From: an uncultured delta proteobacterium
Lineage (GTDB): Bacteria > Desulfobacterota > Desulfomonilia > UBA1062
Assembly: GCA_963752595.1 (NCBI GenBank)
Contig: CAVVYZ010000002.1
Coordinates: forward strand, 160,001-224,000
Length of the DNA: 64,000 nucleotides
Direction of reading: 5' to 3'
Positions 9,298-21,190 of the stretch are shown here, piece after piece. The translations under genes and the position numbers were made by a program. The notes under the pieces are model-generated. The model was not told the origin of the DNA, ran no database searches, and was given only the letters and a program-made list of their open reading frames with translations. Every line of letters begins with the position of its first letter. Position 1 is the stretch's first letter.

Positions 9298-12200
9298 ATG
9301 TTTGAATTCCATATATCGAGAGAAGCCCGGGATCTGTATCAATTTGACCAATCGCTGTTTTCCTCTACGGGCAATGTAATCCTGGCGGATTTTTATGCAG
9401 CCAGGAGGTTTGCAGAGAGGATGAACCAGGTTCGCCAGGTGTCCATACATCCCGAACGCGCCGTTTCGGCAAGTGATATCTATGCCATGGGGCTTATCGA
9501 CGAGATCCTGCACTTCATGGTCGAGCAGTATCGAAGGACCGTGCGGCCCACCATCATGTCGGAAGCCTATTCATGGGTACAGTCAAAGGTGGACGGCACG
9601 GATCTCACCCTGGAACAGTTCGTTGACCTCTTCCCGCCTGTGGCGGTCTACCAGGGCAAGATCTCCATCGATGCCTATCTCAAGGGCGAGACAAAAGGCA
9701 CTTCCCATAAACACATCAGCCTCGAAGAGATGATCATGCTCTTCCTGTCAAATGAGAACCCTGCCTTCCAGCCCTACATCGAGCTCTTCGACGATACGCT
9801 GCTGGAAAAGCGGACCCGATACCCGGAAATACTGAAGAACCTGGAGGAGTTTTTCAGGGGCCGGCCGGTCTTCGGACCCCAGGGCCAGACCCTGCTGGAC
9901 CTTCTGAGAGCGCCTGCCAAGGCTTCTCCGAACTCTCTCTACGGCCAGCTGGAGTATATCCGGACCCACTGGAGATACATCATCCAGGACCTGCTGCTGC
10001 GCATCCTGGGGGGCATGGACTTTATCAAGGAAGAGCACAAGCCAAGGTTTTTCGGTCCCGGCCAGGCCATTGCGCCGAAATTCGGGATGCGGGACTACGC
10101 AGAGCTCGAGCGGTTCAGTCCCGACCTCGACTGGATGCCTCACCTCGTGCTCATTGCCAAGAGCACCTATGTGTGGCTTTTCCAGCTCTCGCAGAAATAC
10201 GGCCGCACCATCTCCCGGCTCGATGAGATCCCGGATGAGGAGCTCGAACAGATGGCCCGGTGGGGCATCACCGGCCTGTGGCTTATCGGTATATGGGAGA
10301 GGAGTCCTGCTTCGAAAAAGATCAAGCAGCTCACCGGCAATCCTGAAGCAGCGTCCTCTGCGTATTCGATCTATGACTATGTGATCGCAGGGGAGCTCGG
10401 AGGCCATGAAGCCTTCGAGAACCTGAAAGCCAGAGCTTTCCGCTACGGGGTACGGATGGCTACCGATATGGTCCCCAACCACATGGGCATCTACTCGAAA
10501 TGGGTGATCGAGCATCCTGACTGGTTTATCCAGCTCGATCACAGCCCGTTTCCGTCGTACCGGTTCACCGGCCCCAATCTGTCCGAGGAAGACCGCGTCG
10601 TGATCCAGCTCGAAGACGGCTACTGGGACCGTACGGATGCCGCAGTCGTGTTCAGACGCCTGGACAGCTACACGGGCAGTACGAGGTTACATCTATCATG
10701 GAAACGACGGGACGAGCACCCCATGGAACGACACGGCCCAGCTCGATTTTCTGAAAGCCCAAGTGCGGGAGGCGGTCATCCGAAAGACCATCGAGGTGGC
10801 AAAGCTCTTCCCCATCATCCGGTTCGATGCGGCCATGACCCTGGCCAAGCGCCACTTCCAGCGGCTCTGGTACCCGCTTCCCGGATACGGCGGGGATATC
10901 CCGTCCCGCTCCGGCCACAGTGTTTCACAGGAGGAGTTCGACAGGATGTTTCCCGTGGAGTTCTGGCGGGAGCTCGTGGACAGGGTGGCCCAGGAAGTCC
11001 CGAACACCCTGCTCCTTGCGGAAGCCTTCTGGCTCATGGAGGGCTATTTCGTCAGGAGTCTCGGCATGCATCGCGTGTACAACAGCGCCTTCATGAACAT
11101 GCTGAAACGCGAAGAGAACAGCAAGTACCGGGACGTGATGAAGAATGTCTTAAGGTTCAACCCCGAGATCCTCAAACGGTTCGTCAATTTCATGAACAAC
11201 CCTGACGAGGAGCCGGCAGTAGCCCAGTTCGGCAAGGATGACAAATATTTCGGGGTAGCCACCATGATGGTGACCCTGCCGGGGCTCCCCATGTTCGGCC
11301 ACGGCCAGATCGAGGGCTTCGGCGAGAAATACGGCATGGAATACCAGCGCTCCTACTGGGAAGAGGGTGTCGATACCCACCTCGTGGACCGTCACGTGAG
11401 AGAGATCTTCCCGCTGCTCCGGAAGAGATACCTCTTCAGCGAAATGGACGACTTCGTCCTCTACGATGTGATGCAGGACGACGGCCATATCAACGAAGAC
11501 GTTTTTGCCTACTCCAACCTCGCAGGCGATGAGCGGGCCCTTGTCATGTACAACAACCGCTATGCCGAGGCACGTGGATGGATCAGGCGCTCTGTGGGCA
11601 CAAACGTGGACATGGGCCACGGGAACCGCAAGGTCCTGCAAAAGAGTCTGGGCGAGGGATTGAAACTTAAAAACGATGAAGCGGTCTACTACATCCTGGA
11701 AGATTTCCGCGAGGGGCTCCAGTACCTGAGAAACGGCCGGTCACTCTGCAATGAAGGCCTGCGTATTCACCTCGGGGCGTTCAAGTCCAACGTGTTCATG
11801 AATTTTCATGAACTGGAAGACCGGGACGGCCAGGTCAAACGGCTGCATGAATACCTGAACGGGCGGGGCGTGCCCGATGTCCTCTCCGAGCTCCAGGAGC
11901 TGTATCTCAAGAAGATCCTTGACCCGTTCAGGATCGTGGTCAACGAATCCTTCCTGAAACAGACCATATCCGAGGCAAGGAAAGAAGGCGATATTTCCGA
12001 TGCAGTCTTACTGGCGCTTTCCGGCTTCCTGAAAGAGGTGTGGGAATACCTCTACTCTTGGCGTGAAGGGGCCGATGCCGCTGATGTGACCGATGCCGCC
12101 TATTCGCTTCTCAAATCGGTCTGCTCTATCGAAAAGCTTCGGACCAAGAGAAAAAAGGATACGCCGGCCTGGGATACCTACCTCTTCAGCCGAGTCCCGG

Positions 12201-12757
12201 AAAATGTTCCCGAGGATCTTTCCTGGTGGAGGGTTCCGGTTCTCTGGAGCATTGTCTGCAGGGTCGGCTCCCTGGTCAGCCGGGAATCCGTCCCGGTCAA
12301 GAGCAGAGCTCTCATGGATGAGCTGCTTCTCTCCAAAGCCGTGAGGGAGACCCTGCTTTCTTTAGGCTTAAACGATGGCGAGGCACGGTTCGAGCTCCTC
12401 CTCATCCAGGTGCTCACCGCCTATCAGGACTGGAATGAGGACACAGGCCGAGAAGGCGGCCTCCCGGAAGTAGTCGACACGATGCTCGGCGACACCGATG
12501 TGAGGTTGTTTCTCGGGGTAAACGAGTTCGGAGGCAAGGTCTGGTTCAACAAGGAATCTTTCGAAACGTTGTTGTATTGGCTCTTCGCCATAACCGTGAT
12601 CCGATCCGTTGCCGTGATCGACGGAAAGGTAAAGGTAAACACGAAGACGGTTGTAGAGAGCTTCACATACGTGAATACCCTGCTGAAGGCATCGGAAAAA
12701 GCAAACTATGATCTCGGAGAATTCCTGCTGATGCTGAAGGGAAGCTGGACCAGCTGA
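9298..12757 (+). CDS. Large alpha-amylase family (GH13) protein; one frameshift near 10683
   Basis: DMVPNH in the first ORF; RFDAAM, LAEAFW and NNPDE in the overlapping second ORF; frames join at GSTR/YIYHGNDG. Confidence 0.88.
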
Positions 12758-12857
12758 AACGCTCTGCACGGTCATGGTGGAAGCCCGGTCCGAGCTCTGC
12801 TGCCGGAAGATCGCCGACGTCATCACCGGAATGATCGGGGTGAGGCAGGTTTCATAG
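12747..12857 (+). pseudogene. Possible 3' remnant of phosphoglucosamine mutase
   Basis: Unannotated frame reads ..ETLCTVMVEARSELCCRKIADVITGMIG..*, resembling the GlmM C-terminus; lies just upstream of the GlmU-like gene. Confidence 0.4.
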
Positions 12858-12866
12858 GAGTGCAGG

Positions 12867-14105
12867 ATGGATAAGAAGATGAAAAGGCTCATTGAGAGAG
12901 GGGTAGCAGTCCTGAATCCTATGACGGTTGATATCGGCGACGATGTCGACCCGGATATGATATCTCCCGGCGTCACCATCCACAGCGGCTGCCGCATCCG
13001 GGGGAAAAAGACCGTTATCCTGGCGGGAACGGTTCTCGGAGAAGAGGCCCCGGTCACGATCCAGGATTGCCAGATCGGCAAGGGCGTAGAGCTCAAAGGC
13101 GGGTTTTTCAAGAAGTCGGTATTCCTGGACAAAGCGAGCATGGGTTCGGGCGCACACGTGCGTGAGGCCTGCATCCTCGAGGAAGAGGCCGGCGGCGCCC
13201 ACGCCGTGGGGCTCAAGCATACCATCCTGCTGCCGTTCGTCACCCTGGGGAGCCTCATCAATTTCTGCGACTGCCTCATGGCGGGCGGGACGAGCAGGAA
13301 GGACCACAGCGAGGTCGGGAGCTCCTACATTCACTTCAACTACAGCCCGAGCCAGGACAAAGCCACGCCTTCCCTCATCGGAGATGTGCCGAGGGGGGTC
13401 ATGATCTCCGAGCGGCCCATATTCCTCGGCGGCCAGGGCGGTATCGTGGGACCCTCGATCATCGCGTACGGCACGGTCATCGCCGCAGGTACCATTGTGC
13501 GAGATGACATTACGGAAGAGAGAAAACTCGTGCTGGACCAGTTTCCGAAGCCCGAGATCAGGGATTTCCACCCCGGCATCTACTGGTCGACGAAGCGCAA
13601 AGTGCGGAACAACGTTGCCTATATCGCAAATCTTATCGCCCTGAAGGCATGGTACCGCCTCGTGCGCTCGCAATTCTTCGGAGCGGATGTTCAGGGGCAG
13701 GCAATGTTCAAGGGCGCACTCGAAAAGCTCGACATGGCTATCGACGAGCGCATCAAGCGCCTCGGAGCGCTGGCCATGAAGATGAAGGAATCCATCCGTC
13801 TGTATACCTCCCTGATGATGGAAGGCGTAAATCCTGCCCTTGTGAAGCAGAAGCAGGAACTCTTCGAGAACTGGGAGGCGGTCGGAGAAAAGTTGGGCGC
13901 GTCAAGGTACTATACGGGAGAAGAACCCTTGAGAGACGATTTCCTCGCAGAAATTATTACAAACGGCAATGATAATGCAGGAGGATACGTCAAGGCAATC
14001 CAGGCTCTTGATCCTCGAACCAGAATGAGCGGCACCCGCTGGCTCGGCAGTGTCGTGAGCCATGTAGAGGGATCGATCTATTCGCTTATTCCCTCATACC
14101 GCTGA
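12867..14105 (+). CDS. GlmU-like left-handed beta-helix protein lacking the N-terminal uridyltransferase domain
   Basis: LIERGV..P.TVDI start, hexapeptide repeats, HFNY motif, long helical C-terminus. Confidence 0.7.
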   Translation: MDKKMKRLIERGVAVLNPMTVDIGDDVDPDMISPGVTIHSGCRIRGKKTVILAGTVLGEEAPVTIQDCQIGKGVELKGGFFKKSVFLDKASMGSGAHVREACILEEEAGGAHAVGLKHTILLPFVTLGSLINFCDCLMAGGTSRKDHSEVGSSYIHFNYSPSQDKATPSLIGDVPRGVMISERPIFLGGQGGIVGPSIIAYGTVIAAGTIVRDDITEERKLVLDQFPKPEIRDFHPGIYWSTKRKVRNNVAYIANLIALKAWYRLVRSQFFGADVQGQAMFKGALEKLDMAIDERIKRLGALAMKMKESIRLYTSLMMEGVNPALVKQKQELFENWEAVGEKLGASRYYTGEEPLRDDFLAEIITNGNDNAGGYVKAIQALDPRTRMSGTRWLGSVVSHVEGSIYSLIPSYR

Positions 14106-14177
14106 CGTGATCACTGCCGTTGCGCAGGAACCGGCTATAAAAGCAAGCAGCTACCCTTTCATCCTCTCAGGGGTTCG

Positions 14178-15581
14178 CTAGCAGTAGCTGCTTCCGTCCC
14201 AGCAATGCGTGCAGAGCTTTTCCTTCGGCAGCCCTATTGCCTCCACGAGGTCTTCCATGGTCTGGAACTTGAGCGAGGTTAGGCCGAGGCGCTTTCTGAT
14301 CTTCTCCACCATGTCGGCGTGCTTTGCGGAGCAGGCGCTGGCATATTCTTCCAGTGGCACATGGTCGGTGCCCTCGATCTCGCAGATGGCTTTGCGGCCT
14401 GCAAGGTCGAGCGTGGAACGGGAGGTGGAGAAGTTGAGGAACTCGCAGGGATAGATCAGCGTCGGGCAGGCGACACGCATGTGTACTTCCTTGGCTCCAT
14501 ACTCGAAGAGGATCTGGACATTGTCTTTGAGCTGGGTGCCCCGGACAATGGAATCGTCGCAGAATATGAGGCGCTTCCCTCCGATGACGGCTTTGTTGGG
14601 TATGAGCTTCATCCTTGCCACAAGGTCTCTCATCGCCTGGTTCTGGGGCATGAAGCTCCTGGGCCAGGTCGGTGTGTATTTCACATAGGGCCTCATGTAG
14701 GGGATACCCTTCTCGTTTGCATATCCTATGGCATGGCCGATCCCTGAATCCGGGATCCCGGAAGCGAGATCCGCTGAGACGGTGTCATTTCTTGCCAGGG
14801 CCTTGCCGCAGTTGTACCGGACCGATTCTACGTTGATATGTTCGTAATCCGATGACGGGTACCCGTAGTAGACCCACAAGAAAGAGCAGATCTGCATCTT
14901 GTTTTCCGGGGCCTTCAGTCTCTCGTATCCCTCCGCGGTGATCGAAACGATTTCTCCCGGCCCCAGGTAGTAATCCGTCTCATACCCGAGATTCGGGAAG
15001 GCGCAGGTCTCCGACGACACTGCATATGCCCCGTCCCTCCTGCCTATCATCAGCGGCGTTCTGCCCAGCTTGTCCCGTGCCGCGATGATGCCCTTTTTGG
15101 TGAGAAGAAGGATCGAGCAGGAGCCCTTGACGGAATCGTAGACGTTTCTGATTCCTTCCTCGAACGAACCTTTGTCGCAGATGAGCATTGCGATGAGTTC
15201 TGTGGGGTTGATCCGGCTCCCGGAAGTCTCGGAGAAGTATTTTTTCCGTGCAAAGGCCGCCTTCCCGAGGGATTCGAGATTTATGATCTTGCCCACCGTG
15301 ACGATCCCGAACGTACCCATGTGGGAATTGATGATAAGCGGCTGTGCATCATAGTCGCTGATGACCCCGATGCCGTGATCCCCCTTGAAATCCTTGAGCT
15401 CGGGCTCGAACTTCGACCTGAAATAGGAGTTCTCGATGTTGTGGATCGAGCGGGTAAAGCCCTTCTTATTGACTACCGCAAGCCCTCCCCGTTTCGTGCC
15501 GAGGTGGGAGTGGTAATCCGTGCCGTAAAAGAGATCCCCTACACAATCTTCCCTGGATATGATTCCAAAAAGTCCGCCCAT
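14178..15581 (-). CDS. purF: Amidophosphoribosyltransferase-like protein (no N-terminal Cys)
   Basis: ARDKLG, PDSG, DDSIVRGT PRPP loop, C-terminal LCTHCW; begins MGGLFG. Confidence 0.85.
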   Translation of the reverse strand: MGGLFGIISREDCVGDLFYGTDYHSHLGTKRGGLAVVNKKGFTRSIHNIENSYFRSKFEPELKDFKGDHGIGVISDYDAQPLIINSHMGTFGIVTVGKIINLESLGKAAFARKKYFSETSGSRINPTELIAMLICDKGSFEEGIRNVYDSVKGSCSILLLTKKGIIAARDKLGRTPLMIGRRDGAYAVSSETCAFPNLGYETDYYLGPGEIVSITAEGYERLKAPENKMQICSFLWVYYGYPSSDYEHINVESVRYNCGKALARNDTVSADLASGIPDSGIGHAIGYANEKGIPYMRPYVKYTPTWPRSFMPQNQAMRDLVARMKLIPNKAVIGGKRLIFCDDSIVRGTQLKDNVQILFEYGAKEVHMRVACPTLIYPCEFLNFSTSRSTLDLAGRKAICEIEGTDHVPLEEYASACSAKHADMVEKIRKRLGLTSLKFQTMEDLVEAIGLPKEKLCTHCWDGSSYC

Positions 15582-15729
15582 GGATGGCTCCCCGTTCTTG
15601 TATTATTTCCTGATGCTATCACTTATACCTGCCTGAAGAAATTTATTCTGCAGGTAACATAAGCTTTTCATCCAGTTGCCTGGTCGATCGAATCCTGCTT
15701 GCTGATTTTACAAAAGGAAATTTCGATCC

Positions 15730-17284
15730 CTATTCCCATTCGATAGTGCTTGGCGGCTTCGAGCTGATGTCGTAGACCACCCGGTTCACGCCCTTGACCT
15801 CGTTGATGATCCTCGTGGATATCCGGGCCAGGGTCTCATAGGGCACCTTCACCCAGTCTGCGGTCATGCCGTCCATGCTCGATACGACGCGGATGGCGAT
15901 CACGTTTGCATAGGTGCGTTCGTCGCCCATGACTCCGACACTCTTGACCGGAAGAAGCACTGCGAAAGACTGCCAGATATCCCCATAGCCTTCCCACTTC
16001 CTGATCTCTTCCTGCACGCGCAGGTCAGCCTGCTGGAGGATGGCAACATTCTCCGCCGTGACTTCTCCGAGAATCCTCACCGCAAGGCCCGGGCCGGGGA
16101 ACGGCTGTCTGTGGACAAGGCTGTCCGGCAGGCCGAGCTCCCTGCCCACGATCCGTACTTCGTCCTTGAACAGTTCCTTCAGCGGCTCGATGAGCTTGAA
16201 TTTAAGGTCTTTGGGCAGTCCTCCTACATTATGGTGGCTCTTGATGGTGGCGGACGGGCCTCCCTTGGCAGATCTGCTCTCTATGATATCCGGATACAAA
16301 GTCCCCTGGGCGAGGAAATCGGCACCGCCGATACGGCGGGCCTCTTCGGAAAATACGTCGATAAAGATCTTCCCGATGGTTTTTCTTTTCTGCTCCGGTT
16401 CGACAACGTCTTTCAGGCCGTCGAGAAACTGCTTGCCGGCATCCACGATATCCAGATTCAGGGGATAGTCATGGGTAAACATATACCCGATCTCGTCTAC
16501 CTCGTCGCCGCGCAGCACGCCGTTGTCCACGAATATGGCGGTCATCCGGTTTCCTATGGCGCGATGGATGAGCGCGGCCGTCACCGCGGAATCAACACCG
16601 CCCGAAAGCCCGCAGATAACCCGGCCGTCTTTTACCGTATTTCTGATGGCTTCCACGGATTCCTCGATGAATCCTGCCATGGTCCACCCGCCTGTGCAGC
16701 CTGCGATGCCGAAGAGGAAGTTCTTGAGGATCTCTTTGCCCCGGGGCGTATGCACAACCTCGGGATGAAACTGGACACCGTAGAGCTTCTTTTCCACATG
16801 TCCCCATGGCGGAAACCGGGCAGGCATCGGTACGCGCCAGGATTTTGAACCCTTTGGGAACTTCTACCACATGGTCGCCATGGCTCATCCATACGTCGAT
16901 CTTGTGACCCAGGCGGGAGAAGAAGGCGCCGTCCTCGATCACTTCGATATATGCCGGGCCGTATTCACCGCCTCGTCCCTTTTCAAGGGTGCCCCCCAGG
17001 ATCTGTGCAATGAGCTGCATCCCGTAGCAGATGCCCAGGACCGGTATCCCGGAATCGAGGAGGGCGGCGTCCATGCCGGGATGGTTCGCATCCATGACCG
17101 AGCTCGGCCCTCCGGAGAGCACGACGGCTTTCGGGTTGAGCTTCCTTAAATCGGAGAGCGATATTTCATGGGGAAGGATTTCGCAGTATACCCCGCACTC
17201 CCTGATGCGGCGAGCAATAAGCTGGGCATACTGGGAACCGAAATCGAGGACGGCAACGAGCTCACGCATTTCTCTTAACTCCAT
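15730..17284 (-). CDS. guaA: GMP synthase (glutamine-hydrolysing); frameshift near 16800
   Basis: LDFGSQY, GICYGMQ, QFHPEV, SGGVDS and KPPSTIEWE spread over two overlapping ORFs. Confidence 0.95.
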
Positions 17285-17352
17285 TTAAGCATGATGAAGA
17301 ATACACAGGATTTTCTTCCGGAGCAATCTTTTAAGCCCCGGAAATGACGAAC

Positions 17353-18171
17353 CTAGAAGGTGAGGGTGCCGGTAAAGATGAAGGACACTTCTCCAGTAAG
17401 CCATACATCTCGATACTCTCCATTATGCGTTGTAAATTCTATCTTCAGATTTCCTCCGGGCATATTCACCTGTACGGGAGCCCCGGTTACATTTCCGGTT
17501 GCATGGCTGACGATGGCAGAGGCTATGGCACCTGTTCCGCATGCAAGGGTCTCGGCTTCAACGCCCCGCTCGTACGTGCGCACCCTGATCCGGTCGGGCC
17601 CGACCGCCTGAACGAAATCCACATTGGTCCCGGCCGGCGAAAAGCGGGAATGCGTTCTGACCGTTCTTCCCAATGTGTCTACAGGGACCGCATCGAGGTC
17701 GTTCGTAAAAAGGATGGCATGGGGGACACCGGTATTGATGAAATGCACATCGGCAGTTCCGTCATCGATGCTGATGCTGATATCCTTACAGAGGTCGCGC
17801 GGCTCGGTTACCCTGATAGATACATCTTCTGGGTTTACCTTTGCCTCTACGATCCCTGCCAACGTATTGAACCGCATGGACGAGCCGGCGATGTTATGCT
17901 TCAAGGCATATGCTGCCGCGCAGCGGGCACCGTTGCCGCACATCTCAGCCTCGCTTCCGTCCACATTGAAAATCCGGTAATTGAAGTCGACCGAATCGCT
18001 CGGGCCGAGCACCAGAAGGCCGTCCACCCCGACACCGGTTCGCCTGGGACAGTATTTCCCGGCAAATCCTGCCCAATCCATATCAAAGGCAAGTCGATAG
18101 GCATCGACGACAATGAAATCATTGCCGGTTCCGGACATCTTGGTAAATTCTATGGTGCGGTCATTCTCCAT
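17353..18171 (-). CDS. dapF: Diaminopimelate epimerase
   Basis: FTKMSGTGNDF, EMCGNGARC, ERGVEAETLACGTG. Confidence 0.97.
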   Translation of the reverse strand: MENDRTIEFTKMSGTGNDFIVVDAYRLAFDMDWAGFAGKYCPRRTGVGVDGLLVLGPSDSVDFNYRIFNVDGSEAEMCGNGARCAAAYALKHNIAGSSMRFNTLAGIVEAKVNPEDVSIRVTEPRDLCKDISISIDDGTADVHFINTGVPHAILFTNDLDAVPVDTLGRTVRTHSRFSPAGTNVDFVQAVGPDRIRVRTYERGVEAETLACGTGAIASAIVSHATGNVTGAPVQVNMPGGNLKIEFTTHNGEYRDVWLTGEVSFIFTGTLTF

Positions 18172-18344
18172 ACTTCTTTTTAGGACCTCTCATGTAAAAG
18201 CCGGAATCCAAATCATAAAGTTGTATTGTATCCGTCTGGAGTGTGCATGCATTAACAGACTCTCTTTTTTAAGTCAAGGAGATTGGGGCACAGGCAGGAA
18301 AACAGCGGCCCTTCCATGCACGCTGTGACTTTTGCGACATATTA

Positions 18345-19571
18345 TCAGGCTGCCAGTGCCTGACCGATTCTCTCCATGGCCTCGCGGACATTTTCGAAAT
18401 TATTGAAAGCGCTGATTCTGATATACCCTGCACCGCACTTCCCGAAACCTTCCCCCGGTGTGCATACGACACCGGCCTTCTGGAGGAGGAGGTCGAAGAA
18501 TTTCCAGGAGTCCGTCTTCGTATTCACCCAGATATAGGGGGAATTCTCGCCGCCGGTGCACTCATAACCAAGCTCGATCATCTTCGTGCGGATATGGGCG
18601 GCATTATTCAGGTAATAATCAATGAGGTCCGATACCTGCCTTTTCCCTGCAGAGCTGTAAACAGCCTCTGCTGCTCTCTGAACGGGATAGGATACACCGT
18701 TGAACTTCGTGGTCTGGCGCCTGTTCCACAGGGCATGGAGCGGATGCCTGCTGCCGGCGCTGTCATAAGCGCAGCAGGTTTTGGGGACCACGGTAAATGC
18801 GCACCTGGTCCCGGTGAACCCTGCGGTTTTCGAGAAGCTCCTGAATTCGATCGCCACTTCCCGGGCGCCTTCTATCTCATAAATGGAGCGGGGCAGCTCA
18901 TTGTCCCGGATAAAGATTTCATATGCGGCATCGAAGAGGATGAGAGCCTTGTTCTCATGGGCGTATCTTACCCACTGAGCCAAACGGTCTTTTGTGATCG
19001 TTGCACCGGTCGGATTGTTCGGAAAGCACAGATAGACGAGGTCAACCTTTTCCTTCGGGAGGCCGGGGACAAAGCCGTTCCCGGCGGTGCTATCAAGGTA
19101 TGCGATGTTTCCGTACCGGCCGTCTCTCAAGCTCCCTGCCCTGCCTGCCATCACATTCGTATCCAGATACACGGGATATACCGGGTCGGGGATCGCCACC
19201 TTGATGTCTCCGGCGAAAAGCTCCTGGATATTTGCCGTGTCGCACTTTGCCCCGTCACTGATGAATATCTCGTCGGCAGACACGTTTGCATTGCGGGAGC
19301 GGTAATCGTTTTCTGCAATGGCCTCTCTGAGAAATTCATAGCCCTGTTCGGGACCGTATCCTTTAAACGTGCGCCCATCGGCCATTTCGTCGACCGCCTT
19401 GTGCAGTGCTTCGATGCAGACTCCGGGAAGCGGGAGCGTGACATCGCCGATGCCCAGCTTGATGACCTTGTTTTCCGGGTTCCGGTCCTGGAATGCTGCA
19501 AGGCGTTTTGCGATCTCCGAAAAGAGATATGATGATTTAAGATCAAGATAACTCTCGTTAATTTTAATCAT
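18345..19571 (-). CDS. dapL: LL-diaminopimelate aminotransferase
   Basis: [31 protein letters not shown]; adjacent to dapF. Confidence 0.95.
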   Translation of the reverse strand: MIKINESYLDLKSSYLFSEIAKRLAAFQDRNPENKVIKLGIGDVTLPLPGVCIEALHKAVDEMADGRTFKGYGPEQGYEFLREAIAENDYRSRNANVSADEIFISDGAKCDTANIQELFAGDIKVAIPDPVYPVYLDTNVMAGRAGSLRDGRYGNIAYLDSTAGNGFVPGLPKEKVDLVYLCFPNNPTGATITKDRLAQWVRYAHENKALILFDAAYEIFIRDNELPRSIYEIEGAREVAIEFRSFSKTAGFTGTRCAFTVVPKTCCAYDSAGSRHPLHALWNRRQTTKFNGVSYPVQRAAEAVYSSAGKRQVSDLIDYYLNNAAHIRTKMIELGYECTGGENSPYIWVNTKTDSWKFFDLLLQKAGVVCTPGEGFGKCGAGYIRISAFNNFENVREAMERIGQALAA

Positions 19572-19714
19572 GACTGCAATTACCTCATTTTCTCTCGATT
19601 TTTCCACCGCACCCGGCACATAAAGGGGAATGGTTTTTTGGTTTATCTAACATACCTGATTTGCTTTGTGGAATAGTTTCTCGCTGAATATAGGTATTAA
19701 GAAATAAAAGAAAT

Positions 19715-20113
19715 ATGTCGAATAATACTATCACAGAAACCAGTAATGGAGCCAAAGTGAAAAAGGACAAGAGAAGACATTCCAGAAAGCTGCTGCGAAT
19801 CGAAGCCAGGTACCAGGATCCTCAGACCAAGGTATTGAAGGGAACGGTTCGGAATATAAGCCTCAGCGGTGTGTTTATCGAGACACCGAACCCTTTGGAT
19901 ATGCAAACTGTAGTGCATGTCAGCCTTGATGCGAAGTATCTCGGCAAGGTTATCGATGTTACCGGCAAGGTGGTAAGGGTCGAAGAGAATAGGGGAATGG
20001 CCATCCAGTTTGAAGACCGGGAGAACCGCGATATCCGGCTCCTCCTCGGCGCGCTGAGAAGGCTGGATCAGGCCTCTATGCTTGCGCTGAGCCGCTCCGC
20101 CCTGGGTGACTGA
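19715..20113 (+). CDS. PilZ domain protein
   Basis: RRHSR and NISLSG c-di-GMP motifs. Confidence 0.85.
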   Translation: MSNNTITETSNGAKVKKDKRRHSRKLLRIEARYQDPQTKVLKGTVRNISLSGVFIETPNPLDMQTVVHVSLDAKYLGKVIDVTGKVVRVEENRGMAIQFEDRENRDIRLLLGALRRLDQASMLALSRSALGD

Positions 20114-20206
20114 AGATCTCAACTTGGCAGTGCTTATCCTAAAAACAGCAGCTTTGCTTACCTTCTTGAAATAGAGCATTACCCTTAAACAGCTCTCTCG
20201 AATACA

Positions 20207-20242
20207 AAAAGGCATCCCCTTTTAGAATCGGGGATGCCTTTT
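20207..20242. terminator. Bidirectional intrinsic terminator
   Basis: AAAAGGCATCCCC / GGGGATGCCTTTT inverted repeat with T tracts on both strands, between convergent genes. Confidence 0.85.
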
Positions 20243-20297
20243 CTTTGCATGATCAGTTGGGTGCGGATCACGCCTCCCGTTCTATAACGGGGGTGAA

Positions 20298-21026
20298 TCA
20301 AAGTTTTGAAAGAAGTCTCTTTGCCCAATCGCTGAAATATGTTTCGTTGGAGGATGAAGCCCTCTGGAGCACTGACTTTGCCTCATCCGTATTATTGGTG
20401 TCTATCAAAACTTCTCCGAGGAAGACCTGGCCTTCAGCGTCATTCGGGAAGAGCTTCTGGTATTCCCGAAGATAGGTGAGCGATTTTTCCTTGTTGTTCA
20501 AAGGCCAGGGAAGCACATACCAGAAACGTCCCAATGCCTTGATCGGGCCTCCGTTGTCATACATCTTGTTGATGGAATAAGACTTCTCGAAGCTCGACTG
20601 GGTTTTATCCTTCAACCCTTCCTTCAGGGCAGTGAGGATGCTCACGCCGTCTGAATAATTTCCTACTGAGCAGCCATACCAGAAATTTCCCTCGATCTTG
20701 TTCGGTTCCAGCGCGATCGCCTTCTCTCCGTAGTTCATTGCAACCTGCCCGTATTTCTTGCAGGTGTCCTGCCAGCCGCTGACATCTTTCTCCTTGGATT
20801 CGTTGCAGTACTCGCGATACGCGTGGCAGGCCTTCCAGGCAGCCTCATAGCTTTGCGGGCTTGCATCCGAGGCCTGTGCATACAGGTCGCCCGCTTTCAG
20901 AAGGTTATCAACGCCTCCCTGTTCAAACAACGAATCGGCCTTGACGATCGTTTCATCCGCCCTGGCATAGCCGGGCAACATGAAAACTATGTATAACAGG
21001 AATACTCCTACGAGAACTCTCCTCAT
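20298..21026 (-). CDS. Exported tetratricopeptide-repeat protein
   Basis: Signal peptide ending ARA; helical repeats such as AIALEPN.IEG.FWYG. Confidence 0.75.
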   Translation of the reverse strand: MRRVLVGVFLLYIVFMLPGYARADETIVKADSLFEQGGVDNLLKAGDLYAQASDASPQSYEAAWKACHAYREYCNESKEKDVSGWQDTCKKYGQVAMNYGEKAIALEPNKIEGNFWYGCSVGNYSDGVSILTALKEGLKDKTQSSFEKSYSINKMYDNGGPIKALGRFWYVLPWPLNNKEKSLTYLREYQKLFPNDAEGQVFLGEVLIDTNNTDEAKSVLQRASSSNETYFSDWAKRLLSKL

Positions 21027-21190
21027 GGTACTACACCCTCCTTCATAAAATATTATTGATATACATAGTATAATGCTCACAGCAGGTTATCAAGAGGGGG
21101 AGGATAGGCATAAATCCTAAGAATTAATAGTCAATTGAAAATAAATAGAAACGTTGAGAAATGAACACTTGCTGTGCATATTAAAGCTGT

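Noticed and set aside
10640-10720. Programmed frameshift in the GH13 gene (similarly guaA near 16800)
   Set aside because: No slippery heptamer or stimulatory structure seen; single indels match the error pattern elsewhere
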